64,000 nt of DNA from the human T2T-CHM13v2.0 reference genome, Homo sapiens, in the NCBI RefSeq assembly GCF_009914755.1, contig NC_060934.1. The stretch is one strand, 5' to 3'. Each line of letters starts with the position of its first letter. Within the stretch, counting starts at the first letter, position 1. A program made the translations under genes and the position numbers. A model generated the notes under the pieces. The model saw only the letters and a program-made list of their open reading frames with translations. It had not been told where the DNA came from and made no database searches. Shown piece after piece: positions 42,032-59,830 of the stretch.

Positions 42032-43398
42032 TAGTGGCCATTGCTAAGCCTCCAGAACCTATACCTTTAAAATGGTTAACAGATAAGCCAATTTGGATAG
42101 AACAATGGCCGCTAAGTAAACAGAAACTGGAAGCTTTAGAGAAATTAGTTACTGAACAATTAGGAAATGGGCACATAGCTCCAACATTTTCCCCTTGGAA
42201 TTCTCCAGTTTTTGTAATTAAGAAAAAATCAGGTAAATGGAGAATGTTAACTGACTTAAGAGCCATCAATTCAGTTATACAACCTATGGGAGCATTACAG
42301 CCAGGATTGCCTTCTTCTGCTATAATTCCAAAAAATTGGCCTTTAATAGTCATAGATTTAAAAGACTGTTTCTTTACTATCCCCTTAGCTGAGCAAGACT
42401 GTGAACGGTTTGCATTTACAATTCCTGCGGTAAACAACCTGCAGACTGCTAAGTGTTTTCATTGTTTTACAAATGGATCTAGTAATGGTAAAGCTTCTTA
42501 CTCTGGATCAAAAGGTAAAGTTTTTCAGATGCCTTATACTTCAGCTCAAAAAGTGGAGCTTGTAGCTGTAATTGAGGTATTGACTGCTTTTAATATACCT
42601 ATTAATGTGATTTCTGATTCTTCACATGTGGTTCATTCCACACATTTAATTGAAAATGCTCAGTTATGATTTCATACAGATGAACAACTGATGACTTTAT
42701 TTACCCAATTGCAAACAGCAGTTAGGAGTAGAATGCACCCTTTTTACATCACTCACATTAGGGCTCATACACCTCTTCCAGGACCTTCGACTGAAGGGAA
42801 TCAAATGGCTGATCACCTAGTTGCTAATGCAATAGCTAATGCTAGACATTTTCACAATTTAACCCATATTAATGCCTCTGGTCTCAAACGCAGATACAGC
42901 ATTACCTGGAAAGAAGCTAAAGCTATTATCTGGTGATGCCCAACTTGCCAAATGGTATATTCCTCATCTTTTACAGGAGGAGTTAATCCTCGAGGATTGG
43001 AACCTAATTCTCTTTGGCAAATGGATGTCACACATGTTCCCTCATTTGGGAGACTAGCTTATGTACATGTATGTGTGGACACCTTTTCTCACTTTGGGCT
43101 ACATGTCAATCAGGAGAGTCTTCTGCCTGTATTATACGTCACCTTTTGCAGTGTTTTGCAGTGATGGGCATTCCAGCTTCTATTAAAACAGATAATGCCC
43201 CAGGCTATACTAGCCAAGCTCTAGCTACATTTTTCTCTATGTGGAATACTAAACACATTACTGGTATCCCATACAATTCTCAAGGAGAAGCCATAGTTGA
43301 AAGAATGAATTTCTCCCTAAAACAGCAGTTGCAAAAGCAGGGGTGGGGGGCGCGGAAATAGAGAATGTGGAACACCGCAGATGCAACTGAATCTAGCA
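42028..43398 (+). pseudogene. pol: HML-3 pol: RT N-terminus fused to RNase H, partial integrase
   Basis: [76 protein letters not shown]. Confidence 0.9.
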
Positions 43399-43642
43399 TT
43401 TTTTTTTCTATTTTTTTCTTTTTCTTTTATTCTTTATTGTTATACTTTAAGTTCTAGGGTACATGTGCACAACGTGCAGGTTTGTTACATATGTATACAT
43501 GTGCCATGTTGGTGTGCTGCACCCATTAACTCGTCATTTACATTAGGCATATCTCCTAATGCTATCCCTCCCCACTCCCCCCACCCCATGACAGGCCCTG
43601 GTGTGTGATGTTCCCCTTCCTGTGTCCAAGTGTTCTCATTGT

Positions 43643-47470
<3,828 letters not shown>

Positions 47471-47533
47471 CATAATGTTAGCTGGTTATTTTGGTTGTTA
47501 GTTGATGCAGCTTCTTCCTAGCATCGATGGTCT

Positions 47534-48548
47534 TTACAATTTGGCATGTTTTTGCAGTGGCTGGTATGGGTTGTTCCTTTCCATGTTTAGTGCTTCCTTC
47601 AGGAGCTCTTTTAGGGCGGCCTGATGGTGACAAAATCTCTCAGCATTTGCTTGTCTGTAAAGGATTTTATTTCTCCTTCACTTATGAAGCTTAGTTTGGC
47701 TGGAAATGAAATTCTGGGTTGAAAATTCTTTTGTTTAACAATGTTGAATACTAGCCCCCACTCTCTTCTGGCTTGTAGAGTTTCTGCCAAGAGATCCACG
47801 TTAGTCTGATGGGCTTCCCTTTGTGGGTAAGCTGACCTTTGTCTCTGGCTGCCCTTAACATTTTTTCCTTCATTTCAACTTTCATGAATCTGACAATTAT
47901 GTGTCTTGGAGTTACTCTTCTCGAGGAGTATCTTTGTGGTATTCTCTGTATTTCCTGAATTTGAATGTCGGCCTGCCTTGCTAGATTGGGGAAGTTCTTC
48001 TGGATAATATCCTGCAGAGTGTTTCCCAACTTGGTTCCATTCTCCCCATCATTTTCAGGTGCACCAATCAGACGTAGATTTGGTCTTTTCACATAGTTCC
48101 ATATTTCTTGGAGGCTTTGTTCATTTCTTTTTACTCTTTTTTCTCTAAACTTCTCTTCTCACTTGATTTCATTCATTTGATCTTCAATCACTGATACCCT
48201 TTCTTCCAGTTGATCTAATTGGCTACTAAGCTTGTGCATGCATTACGTAGTTCTTGTGCCATGGTTTTCAGCTCCGTCAGTTCATTTAAGGACTTCTCTA
48301 CACTGGTTTTCTAGTTAGCCATTCATCTAATCTTTTTTCAAGGTTTTTAGCTTCTTTGCGATGGGTTCGTACTTCCTCCTTTAGCTTGGAGAAGTTTAAT
48401 CATCTGAAGCCTTCTTCTCTCAACTTGTCAAAGTCATATTCTCCATCCAGCTTTTTTCCATTGCTGTTGAGGAGCTGCGTTCCTTTGGAGGAGGAGAGGC
48501 GCTCTGATTTTTAGAATTTTCAGTTTTTCTGCTCTGTTTTGTCCCCAT
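47534..48548 (-). pseudogene. L1 ORF1, disrupted
   Basis: KRPNLRLIG, YSSRRVTPRHIIVRF, LQARREWG in separate frames. Confidence 0.92.
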
Positions 48549-49122
48549 CTTTGTGGTTTTTATCTAGCTTTGATCTTTGATGATGGTGACATACAGATGG
48601 GGATTTGATGTGGATGTCCTTTCTGTTTGTTAGTTTTCCTTCTAACAGTCAGGACCCTCAGCTGCAGGTCTGTTGGAGTTTGCTGGAGGTCCATTACAGA
48701 TCCTGTTTGCCTGGGTATCAGCAGTGGAGGCTGCAGAACAGCGAATATTGCTGAACAGCAAATGTTGCTGCCTGATCTTTCCTCTGGAAGCTTCATCTCA
48801 GGGGGGTACCTGGCCTTGTGGGGTGTCAGTCTGCCCCTACTGGGGGTGCCTCCCAGTTATGCTACTTGGGGGTCAGGGACCCACTTGAGGAGGTAGTCTG
48901 TCTGTTCTCAGATCTCCAACTCCATGCTGGGAGAACCACTACTCTCTTCAAAGCTGACAGACAGGGACATTTAAGTCTGCAGAAGTTTCTGCTGCCTTTT
49001 GTTCGGCTATGCCCTGCCCTCAGAGGTGGAGTCTACAGAGGCAGGCAGGCCTCCTTGAGCTGTGGTGGTCTCCACCCAGTTCAAGCATCCTGGTCGCTTT
49101 GTTTACCTCTCAACCCTCAGCA

Positions 49123-49581
49123 ATGGTGGGCGCCCCTCCCACAGCCTCACTGCCACCTTGCAGTTTGATCTCAGACTGCTGTGCTACCCATGAGCGAGGC
49201 TGTGTGGGCATGGGACCCTCCAAGCCAGGTGCAGGATATAATCTCCTGGTCTGCTGTTTGCTAAGACTGTTGGAAAAGCACAGTATTAGGGTGGGAGTGA
49301 CCCGATTTTCCAGGTGCTGTCTGTCACAGCTTCCCTCGGCTAGGAAAGGGAATTGCCTGACCCCTCGCATTTCCCGGGTGAGGCGATGCCTCACCCTGCT
49401 TCAGTTCACGCTCGGTGGGCTGCACCTACTGTCCTGCAACCACTGTCTGACAAGCCCCAGTGAGATGAACCCGGTACCTCAGTTGGAAATGCAGAAATCA
49501 CCTGTCTTCTGCGTTGCTTACACCGGGAGCTGTAGACTGGAGCTGTTCCTATTCCACCATCTTGGAATCGCCTCCCCCTAG
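49123..49581 (+). CDS. ORF0: L1 antisense ORF0, C-terminally extended to 152 aa
   Basis: MVGAPPTASLPPCSLISDCC...PGAGYNL...IRVGVTRFSRC matches primate L1 ORF0; no stop until TAG 49579-49581; expression unknown. Confidence 0.6.
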   Translation: MVGAPPTASLPPCSLISDCCATHERGCVGMGPSKPGAGYNLLVCCLLRLLEKHSIRVGVTRFSRCCLSQLPSARKGNCLTPRISRVRRCLTLLQFTLGGLHLLSCNHCLTSPSEMNPVPQLEMQKSPVFCVAYTGSCRLELFLFHHLGIASP

Positions 49582-51295
49582 AAGTTGTGTTTATAATGTA
49601 CTTATATAACAGCCACATATAGTGCTCAGGTACAAACATTTTTAAAAAACTCTCTCTTTCTCTATTCTTTCTAGACCCAAAATGGCCACACTCCAATTGT
49701 TTCCAATTAGACCTGTTTTAAGCCCATGTTACACGGAAACAAGGGAGTGAGTTCCCTCACCTTAATATCTGCTTGGTGACGACGTTGTGCCTGATGGGCA
49801 GTTGGGCACCAAGGGGGTCTGGTCGTCATCTGAGAGTGACACATCTATAGTATCTGAAAATGTAGAGACACTTGCCTCTGTATTTGGTGTGCTGCTGGAA
49901 AAGAAAAAAAATACATATCACATGGTTGCACAGATTTTCTTTTACATGTAGTTGGCTGATAATGGTGAAATTTTAGTAGAGTCTGGATCACCTAAAAAAT
50001 GTATTCAGAAAGTTCATCCATTCACTGTGGACTTCTAGCAGGAGAGCTTAATTCTGTAGAAATTTCAAGCAAAATGACTTATTGGTGAAGCAAAATTACT
50101 ATCTCATTTGTTCTTATTTTAATGGAATTAAGATTAGATTTGCACTCTACTTAAAGTTAAGTAGTTTTGCTGGTGTATGTCTTCAAGTTTAAGAAAAATA
50201 TTAGATAAAATCTTATGTCTTCAAGTGAAACTCTCTTCAACTTGTGTCTGAAGTAACTGTGCTTAAAAAAATGTGTTGGATGACAGTTGTGATGGATTAG
50301 ACCTGGGAACAAGACAGAAATTGGTACCACATTTGATAGAGAGTAGATGAATCATGTTAGGGTTAATATCCTGACAGCAAAACACTCGCATTTAAACTTC
50401 TGAATGGATATAGATGGTTCAGTCTATTCAGACATCCTGGCAAGAGTGAATTTAGGATCTTGGTAGGATGTTGGTTTGTGAGAGGCATAATTTTTCAGGA
50501 AGTAATCGCAAAGCTGGGTGTTGACAGCTTTGAGTTCAAATTTCAGACTCTCTGTAATATCACATAAATCATTCAATTCCTCTGTGGATCTATTTTACTA
50601 CCTGTAAAATATGATTCACTATGTTTCTTTCATACATATCTCATTGTAGTTCTCATTCAAATACTCTACTTCATATTTTAACAATTAGGAAATAATTAAA
50701 AATATTTCTTGCCAAATCATAGTTATTTATGGGCACATAATTTTTTTTCCTTGAAAATTCTTTACTCTCTGTACCTGTTAGAAAAGTGAGAAAGTCTTAG
50801 ACCAATTAGATACTGGAAACAATGTGAAGCATGAGTTCAGTGTAGCCACAAACCAATTTCCATTACAGGAATCAGACATTAGTATTGTTATTCACTTGGC
50901 TCTGATCATTTTGTGAGCAAGGGGAAAATCTGACTTTTGCACAAAGTCCTTTTACTCTGTGGGTTTATAATTTTGGCCGACAAATGGAGAGGTAAATTGA
51001 TGATGACTTGCCAGCTAAGAATACTGTGTACTGTCTACCACCATAAGGAGCCAGAATTTTGTCATTTAGCATGATATCTTTTTAGCTTTCCTTACCCAGA
51101 TTTCCAGCAAAAAAGCAAATTCCTGTATTTCTCAATGAAAAAGCCTTTTAAAAGGTAAGGAGAGTCCATTGTTAGCCCTGGCTGTTCCTGGGGTTAATGT
51201 TGATAAGACTGTATTAAACTGTCATCAAGGCTGGCTTCAGGCGTAATGGGAAGACTCTCCCATCATCAGCAAGCATTGATTCCTCATGGACTAGG

Positions 51296-51663
51296 TGTAT
51301 TAGTCCATTTTCAGCTGCTGACAAAGACATACTCGAGACTGGGTAATTTATAAAGGAAAGAAGTTTAATTTACTCATGGTTCTGCAGGGCTGGGGAGGCC
51401 TCAGGAAACTTGCAATGATGGTGGAAGAAGAAGCAAGCATGTCCTTCTTCACATGGCTGCAGGAAGGAGAAGAATGAGTGAGGAAAAGCCTCTTATAAAA
51501 CCATCAGATCTTGTGAGAGCTCTCTCACTATTACAAGAACAGCATACGGGAACTGCCCCCATGATCCAATTACCTCCCACCGGGTCCCTCCCAACACACA
51601 TAGGGATTATGAGAACTACAATTCAAAATGAGATTTGTGTAGGGACACAGCCAAACCATATCA
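51296..51663 (-). mobile_element. THE1C-like MaLR solo LTR
   Basis: TGTATTAGTCC...CCAAACCATATCA; perfect TSD CTAGG. Confidence 0.94.
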
Positions 51664-51724
51664 CTAGGTTAGGATTGTGAAGCCAGGGAGTGGGGCAGTG
51701 AAGTATTTAAGGCCTTCTGGGGAA

Positions 51725-51945
51725 ACAGCACAGCATAGCACTGTGGTTAAGGGACAATACTTTGGGAGCCAGATAGGTCTGGAAGGAAATCCTAGCTCAG
51801 TACTCAGTATATATGCAACTTTGGACAAATGACTTAACTTTTTTAGTCTAAATGAGCTCATCTGTAAAATACGAGCATTATTGCCTACCTTGTAGGTCTG
51901 TTGTAAAGATTACATGAGATAGTGTTTGCCAAATATTTGGCAATG
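51725..51945 (+). mobile_element. MIR
   Basis: GTGGTTAAGGG...TTGGACAAATGACTTAAC...CTCATCTGTAAAAT. Confidence 0.85.
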
Positions 51946-52828
51946 TCAAGACCTGGGGTGTGGCATGTGCTCATCCTTCTCAGACAGCCCTCCCATTGGT
52001 CTTTCCCTTTCTGGTCCCATTTGTAAATAAATATTAAAAATTCTTGGTGTCTGTTGCTTTAAAAAAGCATTTTGGATTGCCATTTACATTTTTAATGTAA
52101 TCAAATTTAATTTCCCTTTACCTCTGTATGTAGCCGGCGTTATAACTTGGATTTAGATACAATATATGCTACAACTTAGTCATTTCTGGAAGATGAGGTA
52201 GGGGCCCCTTGGGAGTCAATTGCATGAGATCTTGAGTTAGACTTCATCCAAAAAGAAGTTGGAAATGAGATGGTCAGGTTTACTTCAAGGGCAGCGCTGG
52301 GGGCAGAGGAGAGGGCTGATCACTATGTTAGTCCCTCAGGCTTGATGCTGTGTTACTTAATACACTTTAAGCAACATGGGCACTTATTAGTAGGATATAT
52401 GGTGTCCCATGTGTGTATTTCAGGTGGTACTGTGAAGCCAGCCACTCTGTTGTCAAGGAGGCTTGTTTATTTGATTGTCCTTACCTGAATCAGCTACACG
52501 TCTTTCATGAACTCCAGGATACCTGTCTCTGGAGATAAGAACAGCTGTGTTCAGTCAAGATCAGGCATCAAAACAGACCCATAGTTACTGGCAGAACAGC
52601 CTCATCAGACTTTGGGGAGATGAATCTTTATAAACAGCCATGAAATTACTTGATGCAATTGGCCCTTTCAAACACTGCTCTTTACCCATTGGCTGTTACC
52701 ATTGGTGCCATACATGTAAGCAGTCACTAGAGTATCCTCAGCCATTCAGCTGAATATGTTCCCAGCATCATTCTGCTGTCAGTCAACTGGGAGACCAATA
52801 TAGTATTGGTCTCTTATGGCAACAGCAG

Positions 52829-52835
52829 GTGTGTG

Positions 52836-52878
<43 letters not shown>
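52829..52878. repeat. (GT)n microsatellite
   Basis: Direct reading; second imperfect (GT)n at ~53563-53596. Confidence 0.95.
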
Positions 52879-52880
<2 letters not shown>

Positions 52881-54777
52881 TCATGTGTAGATGGCAAGTA
52901 TTAAGTACAACATGGCTCTCTGATCAATGTAGCCCATTCTTTTTTTTTTTTTTAAGAATCTGGCCACTTATATTTATTCATAGGAAATTAAATTCCCTGT
53001 ATGTTGGGCAGCTGGAATTTTATTACTTTCAGGAGGAACAATAAATGTTTTTAAACATCAGTTTATACAAAGCATCTAAAGTCTCCTCCAACATATTCTG
53101 TTCATCACCGGAGGTCCTGGCTCTATGAAGAATGATCAAACTTGGTAAACAGTTTCTCTAAATAGAATGTGTGAAATAATTATCTGTGGTTCTTGACGTA
53201 TACAGAATAGGAAGGAGTAAATTACATATAGAATTTGGAGCTAGAAATCCTCCTATGAAATTCAGATTAATGATTGGTTTTATACTTAGCGTCCCTCTTC
53301 CAGGAGATTAATAAAGCAGGGCTGATTCTATACATTTAATAACTATTTACCTGGTGTGATTTGGGAGGCATAAAAATTATCTGCCTCAATATAGTTTTTT
53401 TTTACCCAAATGATAATATCTATCTCTAAGATTCATCCTTTTAGGTTAAATATTGCCTCCTTACCTAGTTCTCTTTGTTGGAAGTAGATAATTCATAATG
53501 CTACTTATATTTTGGTGTTAATTTCTTTATTCAGTATACCTCTCTCTCTCATAAGAAGATGGGTGTGTGCGTGTGTGTGTGTGTCTGTGTGTGTGTTTAT
53601 GTGTTTGACTGTACTAGTCACAGGGTTATGGCTATGGACTACTGTATACCTAGAGAGAGGGCTGGAGGTTGGCTGGGTAGGAAGCATTTGTAAGACATAC
53701 TTTTAAATTTTGCACAAGGCATTATCTTAGGACTTATTTTGGGTTTATAGCCTTAGAATTCTTGATATAGAGAATTTCTTTTTCTCAGTGATCGTATTTT
53801 ACATCACAGGTAATGATTCCCATCGACCTAGCTGTTATCATATACCCGCCCCAGGGCCAATCACAGTGATCATGAGTTTAAAGACATGGGATTGGTCAAT
53901 TTAGGCCACACGCCTCAGATACCTGAAAGCAGGGGTTGGTGGTGTATTGTACTTGGCAGCCTCATCAGAACCATGTGGAGTAAGGGAAGAGAGTTTTCCA
54001 AAGGCAGATGGGGTTGCTATCTGTGCTAGAAAAGGAAAAGGCATGGCAAAACACAAATGACACTAACCACTGGACTCTTCTGACTCAAAATCATCTCCAC
54101 TCAGAATTTTATTGTGTAAAATAATTCATTCTAACCAGAAGGGTGTGGTGAGTGAGTGAAGGCTAGATGTTTGGAATATGTGCACCCCTGGGGAAGGGGT
54201 GATTCTGAAACTCTGCCTCTCTGTGCTTGAGATGAAATAAATCAATACAAAATAGAAGCAGTTGGCCACATGACACTAACACATGAACATGGATCATTTG
54301 TAAATGTGCTAATGATGAGACCAAGACGTTTTACACTTCTGCGTCAAAGGGGTGTCTTCTAGACTTGGCCTTTCAATAGAGAAATATCACCTCTAAGGAG
54401 GTGACAATTGTGATTGGCAGCCTCACAGGGGTGGGGGAGCAAAAAACTTAGATATTACAATGGTTTGTGGCTTCCCAAAGCTATAGTGCATAAACATATA
54501 TGCAATATCATGGGGAGGACAATTTAAAAAAATACCTAAAAGAGGTCTTTAGGGGACAATAATGGAAAAAAAAGGTTGAGACACATTGTTCTATATCTAA
54601 GCAAGTTGACTTATCTTAGGAAGATGTGAACTAGAATGAAATGATGTTATGAAACTTGTGATCAGAGACACAGCGAGACTGGTGAAAACACAATTGGGAT
54701 TGGAACCCAGGCACCTCCTAACTCTGTGGAAATGGACAAGTAGCTTAATCTCTCTGCATCTCAGTTTCCTAATAGTG

Positions 54778-55458
<681 letters not shown>

Positions 55459-56573
55459 TAGTTAAAACATACATAAACTGTACATTGTGCAAAACAAACA
55501 AAAGACAAAATGCAGGGAAGAAAAAATACAAATGAGTAAACTGGATAAAATTCTTTTTGAAATGCTGCAGATTTTATAAATATTTATTGCTAGAAATAGC
55601 ATATTTAAAAAATACTTGGAGTGTGAAAAAGTATGTGAAATAGAGACACCCCCAAATGTACAAACTTATCATACTAGTGGTATAATTTTGCAAAACTAAT
55701 GCATAACTATGTAAAATACAAAATTAGGTTCAAAGTATTTTGGGAAACACTGGCTATAGAAAAAACTTAATTCATAACGCTTAATTCATAATTTTTGGCA
55801 GAAAAAATATCCTTAAGCAAATAGGTTTCAGGTAAACAAATTTTAGGCAAATTCACTTTAGGCAAATTTCACTGTCAATGGAATAGCATTTGTGATTAAT
55901 TAAACATGTATGGCAAAAGGAGAGGTCAAACCTGGGGTGATTCTTAGGTTTTTCTTAAGGACTACCAGGCAGATAGAGGTATCATTCATGGAGACGAGAA
56001 ATTTAGGAAGGGAAGGAGGATTTGTGGTGACATTGGGAGGGGAGAAAATGAGTTCAGGTTTATTTGTGTTGAGTTTGAGCTTCTTGGGAGGCATCTGGGT
56101 CAAGGTGTCCAGTAGGTATAAGATTTATGGAACACAGCAAAAATCTGGCTTGGAGATACCTAAAATTAGGGCTTCATATGGGAGAAAGCCACAGCACACA
56201 GGTGTTTAGACACATGGAGACACATCGGGAGAATTGTTGGGGTTGGAGGAGCTCTGTAGGAGACACTTATTCCAATGCAAGAGATTATGAGGCTTTCCTG
56301 TCGATTTTGCCTGAGTTTCTCCAAGTAAAGCTCCTCTGGATGTTCCAGGGCACCAGACATACCCACAGTCCTTACACCTCAGGGACTCATGGCTTTGGCT
56401 TACAGGGGGTGGGTGATTCTATGAACAACATGGATTCGTTCCAGGGGTTAATATGTGTTGGAAGCTACAAAGAAAAACTGAAAATATGGACTCTCTGAAA
56501 ACGATATTAGGGAATAAATGTCACTGCTTTGAGCTCCTTGCACAGTGTGTAACATAAAAAGTGAGGGGGAGAG

Positions 56574-57071
56574 TGTGGCAGATGCCTTTGGTGCCCATGC
56601 CACCTCCCCACTGCCCATTTCTAGTTTCAGCTGGAGCTGTGGCAGATGGTTCTGGTGAACTGAGGCTCACTTTGTGTATCTTTCTGATGTCTCTCTTAGG
56701 GTATTCTCTGGCTTTGTAGAAGCCCTCTTGACTTATATGCACCTGCAGCCCAGAAATCCAGGAGAGCCAATGCTCTTGGGAGCAACCTTCAATCAGTAGG
56801 TATTGGGAGCCAGTGGCTAAATACTCCAGATACTAGTCCTGCAGGTGGGCAGCATTGGAGCCATCCTGTATGCTTTGTGGGGGCCCTGGTTGAACCATGC
56901 CCTGTTTCTTCCAATGGTACTTGGATAACACATCTTTATATTTTCTTTTCCTCTTTTCTTGTCTCACTTTATCATTCATTCACTCCAGATTCCTGCATCA
57001 CTTCTCGTATAAGTCATCTGCACCCAAGTGCTTGCCCCAGGCTCTGCTTTTGGGGGAACTTACTCTAAGAC
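56574..57071 (+). mobile_element. LTR16C/E-like ERVL solo LTR
   Basis: TGTGGCAGATGCC...CAGGCTCTGCTTTTGGGGGAAC...CTAAGACA. Confidence 0.65.
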
Positions 57072-57492
57072 AACTAGCTTTGCCCACTCTTCAACAGAAC
57101 ACGGTCTGCTCGAGTGCTTCCCGCTGGCCTTGGCTGCAGGAAGACACTGTGGTGTCTGGCAGAAACAGCAGGGGGCCCAATGGATGCAGCAACACCCAAA
57201 CAATGGGAGCCAGGAGGTGAAGGTGAAGGCAGGAACTGAGTTTGGTACATGGTAACTATGGGGCAGTGGGCTGAATGTGTCCATGAGACAACCCCAGGGG
57301 ACTCTAGAAGTACTTGGTAGCGACTTGGCTGCACACTGGGATTCTGCATTGTCAGGAATGGGTAACAGCCAGTGAAACCCTAGTTATGCGCAAGATTTGG
57401 AACTGTCAGAGTATGTGTGGTTGTTTAAGCAATTTTTACTGTTTAAGCATTGTTTACTAATGACAGTAAGTAAAAATTTCCTAGGAATAGCC

Positions 57493-57655
57493 CATTGGTT
57501 CTCAACCTTTGGTGCACATCAGAATCACCTAAGGAACTTATTCAAAGTACAGATGTCCCCGAAGTGCAATCTCTAGGAATCTAGCCATCTCTATTGTATA
57601 TTTTGGAAAAATTCCTCAGCTGATAATGATGCCCAATAAAACTTGAGGACCTCTG
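57493..57655. mobile_element. MER5-like hAT element
   Basis: TGGTTCTCAACCTTTGGTGCACATCAGAATCACCT...TTGAGGACCTCTG. Confidence 0.75.
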
Positions 57656-58258
57656 TGCAAAGTGAAACAAAAACAAGGGCAGAGGTAGAAGTCCGAGGAG
57701 GCATTAACATGTAAGAAGTAGACAGAGAAAGATGTCTGCGAATGAAGGTATGAGGGAGCAGTCAGAAAGGAGGCGGGGAGCGTCTCGAACAGGGGAAGTA
57801 AGGCTCATGACGGGAAGACTGAAAAAGATGTTGGTAGAGGCAGTTTCAGGGAAACAGTGGGGGACTAAGGAATGAACTGAAGAGGAAAAGTACGAGAGTG
57901 TACTATACCATGTTCACACAGCTCACAGATCAAATTCTGTCTTCCACCAAATCGCAGCCACTCCGTAGAATAGCACATACAGTGGTACACATATAACCTA
58001 GGGTTAGTACAGCTCCCCCTCCACCCTCAGCACCAGGGAGACTGTGGCTATGCCGCCTCTAGAAAAGTACCCGTGAGAATCTCTAACAGATAACAATCTC
58101 CAAGAAATTAAGAAGGAAAAGACCCTTAAAATAATTAAGCATTTCGGAACAGTGGACTCAAAGAAAGGGATTGTATTTTGATGTTTTGAAATGCAAGTTG
58201 TCTCAATGGCACGCTTTCCCCTCTTGGACGGCGTGCAGACTGTCAATCCCTGGCGTCA

Positions 58259-58271
58259 CGCCCTCTGGAAG
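58259..58271 (-). promoter_or_regulatory. Putative second CTCF core
   Basis: Minus strand CTTCCAGAGGGCG versus consensus CCACCAGAGGGCG. Confidence 0.4.
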
Positions 58272-58334
58272 GCTGCAGAGCCGAGAAGGGAGGAGAAGCC
58301 CCTTTCGGGGAAATCTCCTCGGCCACATTTGTCT

Positions 58335-58368
58335 TGCACTGTGGCAGTGCATCCTCTAGATGGCGATA
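58335..58368 (+). promoter_or_regulatory. Putative CTCF site with upstream motif
   Basis: Core CCTCTAGATGGCG (58353-58365), TGCACT 18 nt upstream; locally CpG-retaining unique sequence. Confidence 0.55.
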
Positions 58369-59609
58369 AATCTCCAAAGAACGCCAAGCCTTTCCTCCTG
58401 GCTATAGGTCCCTTGGCAAATTGCTTTCTTAGTAGAGAAAAATGAGAGGCATTTCTTCAGAATTGACTGGAAGCTGCTGAGAAAGCTCTTCCTTGCCTCT
58501 TAGTTTTTGAAAGGCCTTTGAAACAGTGGCAAGGGTCTAGCGATTGGAATATTGAAATCTAATCAAGGAAGGAGCTGCTGCATTTCTCAGTATCCTGGAG
58601 CTGGGGCCTGGCAGTAATGATGGTGGGTGGTAAAGAGCTCCCTAGACAGACTTCCCTGCTTTGCAGAAACAGCCTCTCCCCCAGGCTGTAACACCTGTGG
58701 GTTCTTACCTTTCTCAACAGGGGCATGTCTGTTCATTTTCCATAGGGTAGCTAATGCTAATATGAAACAATTTTTTTTGTTGTTGTTTTGCATTTATCCA
58801 CCAGGTGCCACTATGTGCCAAGAGCTTTAGAAATCTCATTCAATCCTCTCAAGTAGGTTCTAGTATTTTTCCCTTATTTAAATAAAGGAAATACTTGGCC
58901 AAAGTCACTATGGCTGCGTTTTGATTCTAGAGCTTAGGTTCTTAATCACACTGCTATAGTACCTCAAGGACAATGCCTCAAAACACTCAAACCTCTGGAA
59001 AAGGATCTCTGATGGGTCAGGGATCAGTAAAATGTCTCTCAGGAGACTGGCCTAGAACATGAGACGATGAGGTGTCCAGGGGCTCAGGTTTTCTGAAAGG
59101 AGCATGAAGGCACCCTGGAGAGGGTAAAAGAGTTCAGAAGAGAACTGAGGTGTGTGTGAGCCAAGGATGGGATGACTGTTCTTCCCAGAGCTGCCAGCGG
59201 CCAGCCCCACCTGTGATTTGGGACTGGACTATTAACCAATAAATGGCCTCAGATTTTTAGTTTGATAGTCAGTGACTTTCTTGGAAACCAGTCAGCCAAA
59301 TGACCTGTTCAAAGCAGTCAGCAAGTGCACATTTGATCTGGAAATGGGATTGGCAGTCATTGGCGTATTGTGTCTCTGGGTGGGGGCAGCTTTGGTTTCT
59401 GACTGTCAGAGAAAGATTCCACCTGACACATGAACCAGCAGGGCTTGGGGTAGGCTTGGTGCAGATGTCTCTATGGTGAACTTCTTACAGGGAGTCACCA
59501 GGAGGAATGTTCAGGTTCTTTTTTGGAAATGCAGTTAGTGGCATTGAAGTCACTTTTCTTGCCCTTTCCCCAGTTTGCCTTTAGCATGACTAAAAACATT
59601 TAAAGATGA

Positions 59610-59830
59610 CCATTTGTTGATTATGTGCTTGCTATGTGTCTGGCCCTATAATGAGCCATTTATGTGCACTATCCCATCCACCTCTTACATAACCCTATGA
59701 GGTAAATTTTATTATCTCCATTCTAGAGGTGAGAAAACTGAGACTTAGTGTGGTCAAGTAACTTACTCAAAGACACACAGGAAGTAAGTGGCAGAACCCT
59801 GGTCTCTTTATTCTGAGACCTTCCTCTTAC
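59610..59830 (-). mobile_element. MIR
   Basis: AACCCTATGAGGTAAA...GGTGAGAAAACTGAGACTTAG. Confidence 0.85.

Larger units (their letters stand above)
39676..43398 (+). mobile_element. HERVK9/HML-3 internal region, 3'-truncated
   Basis: Betaretroviral gag, dUTPase-pro, pol order; no env or 3' LTR in the window. Confidence 0.92.

Noticed and set aside
56127-57349. Cluster of 60-120 aa ORFs
   Set aside because: Overlap L2 and LTR16-like sequence; no recognisable domain or convincing exon structure
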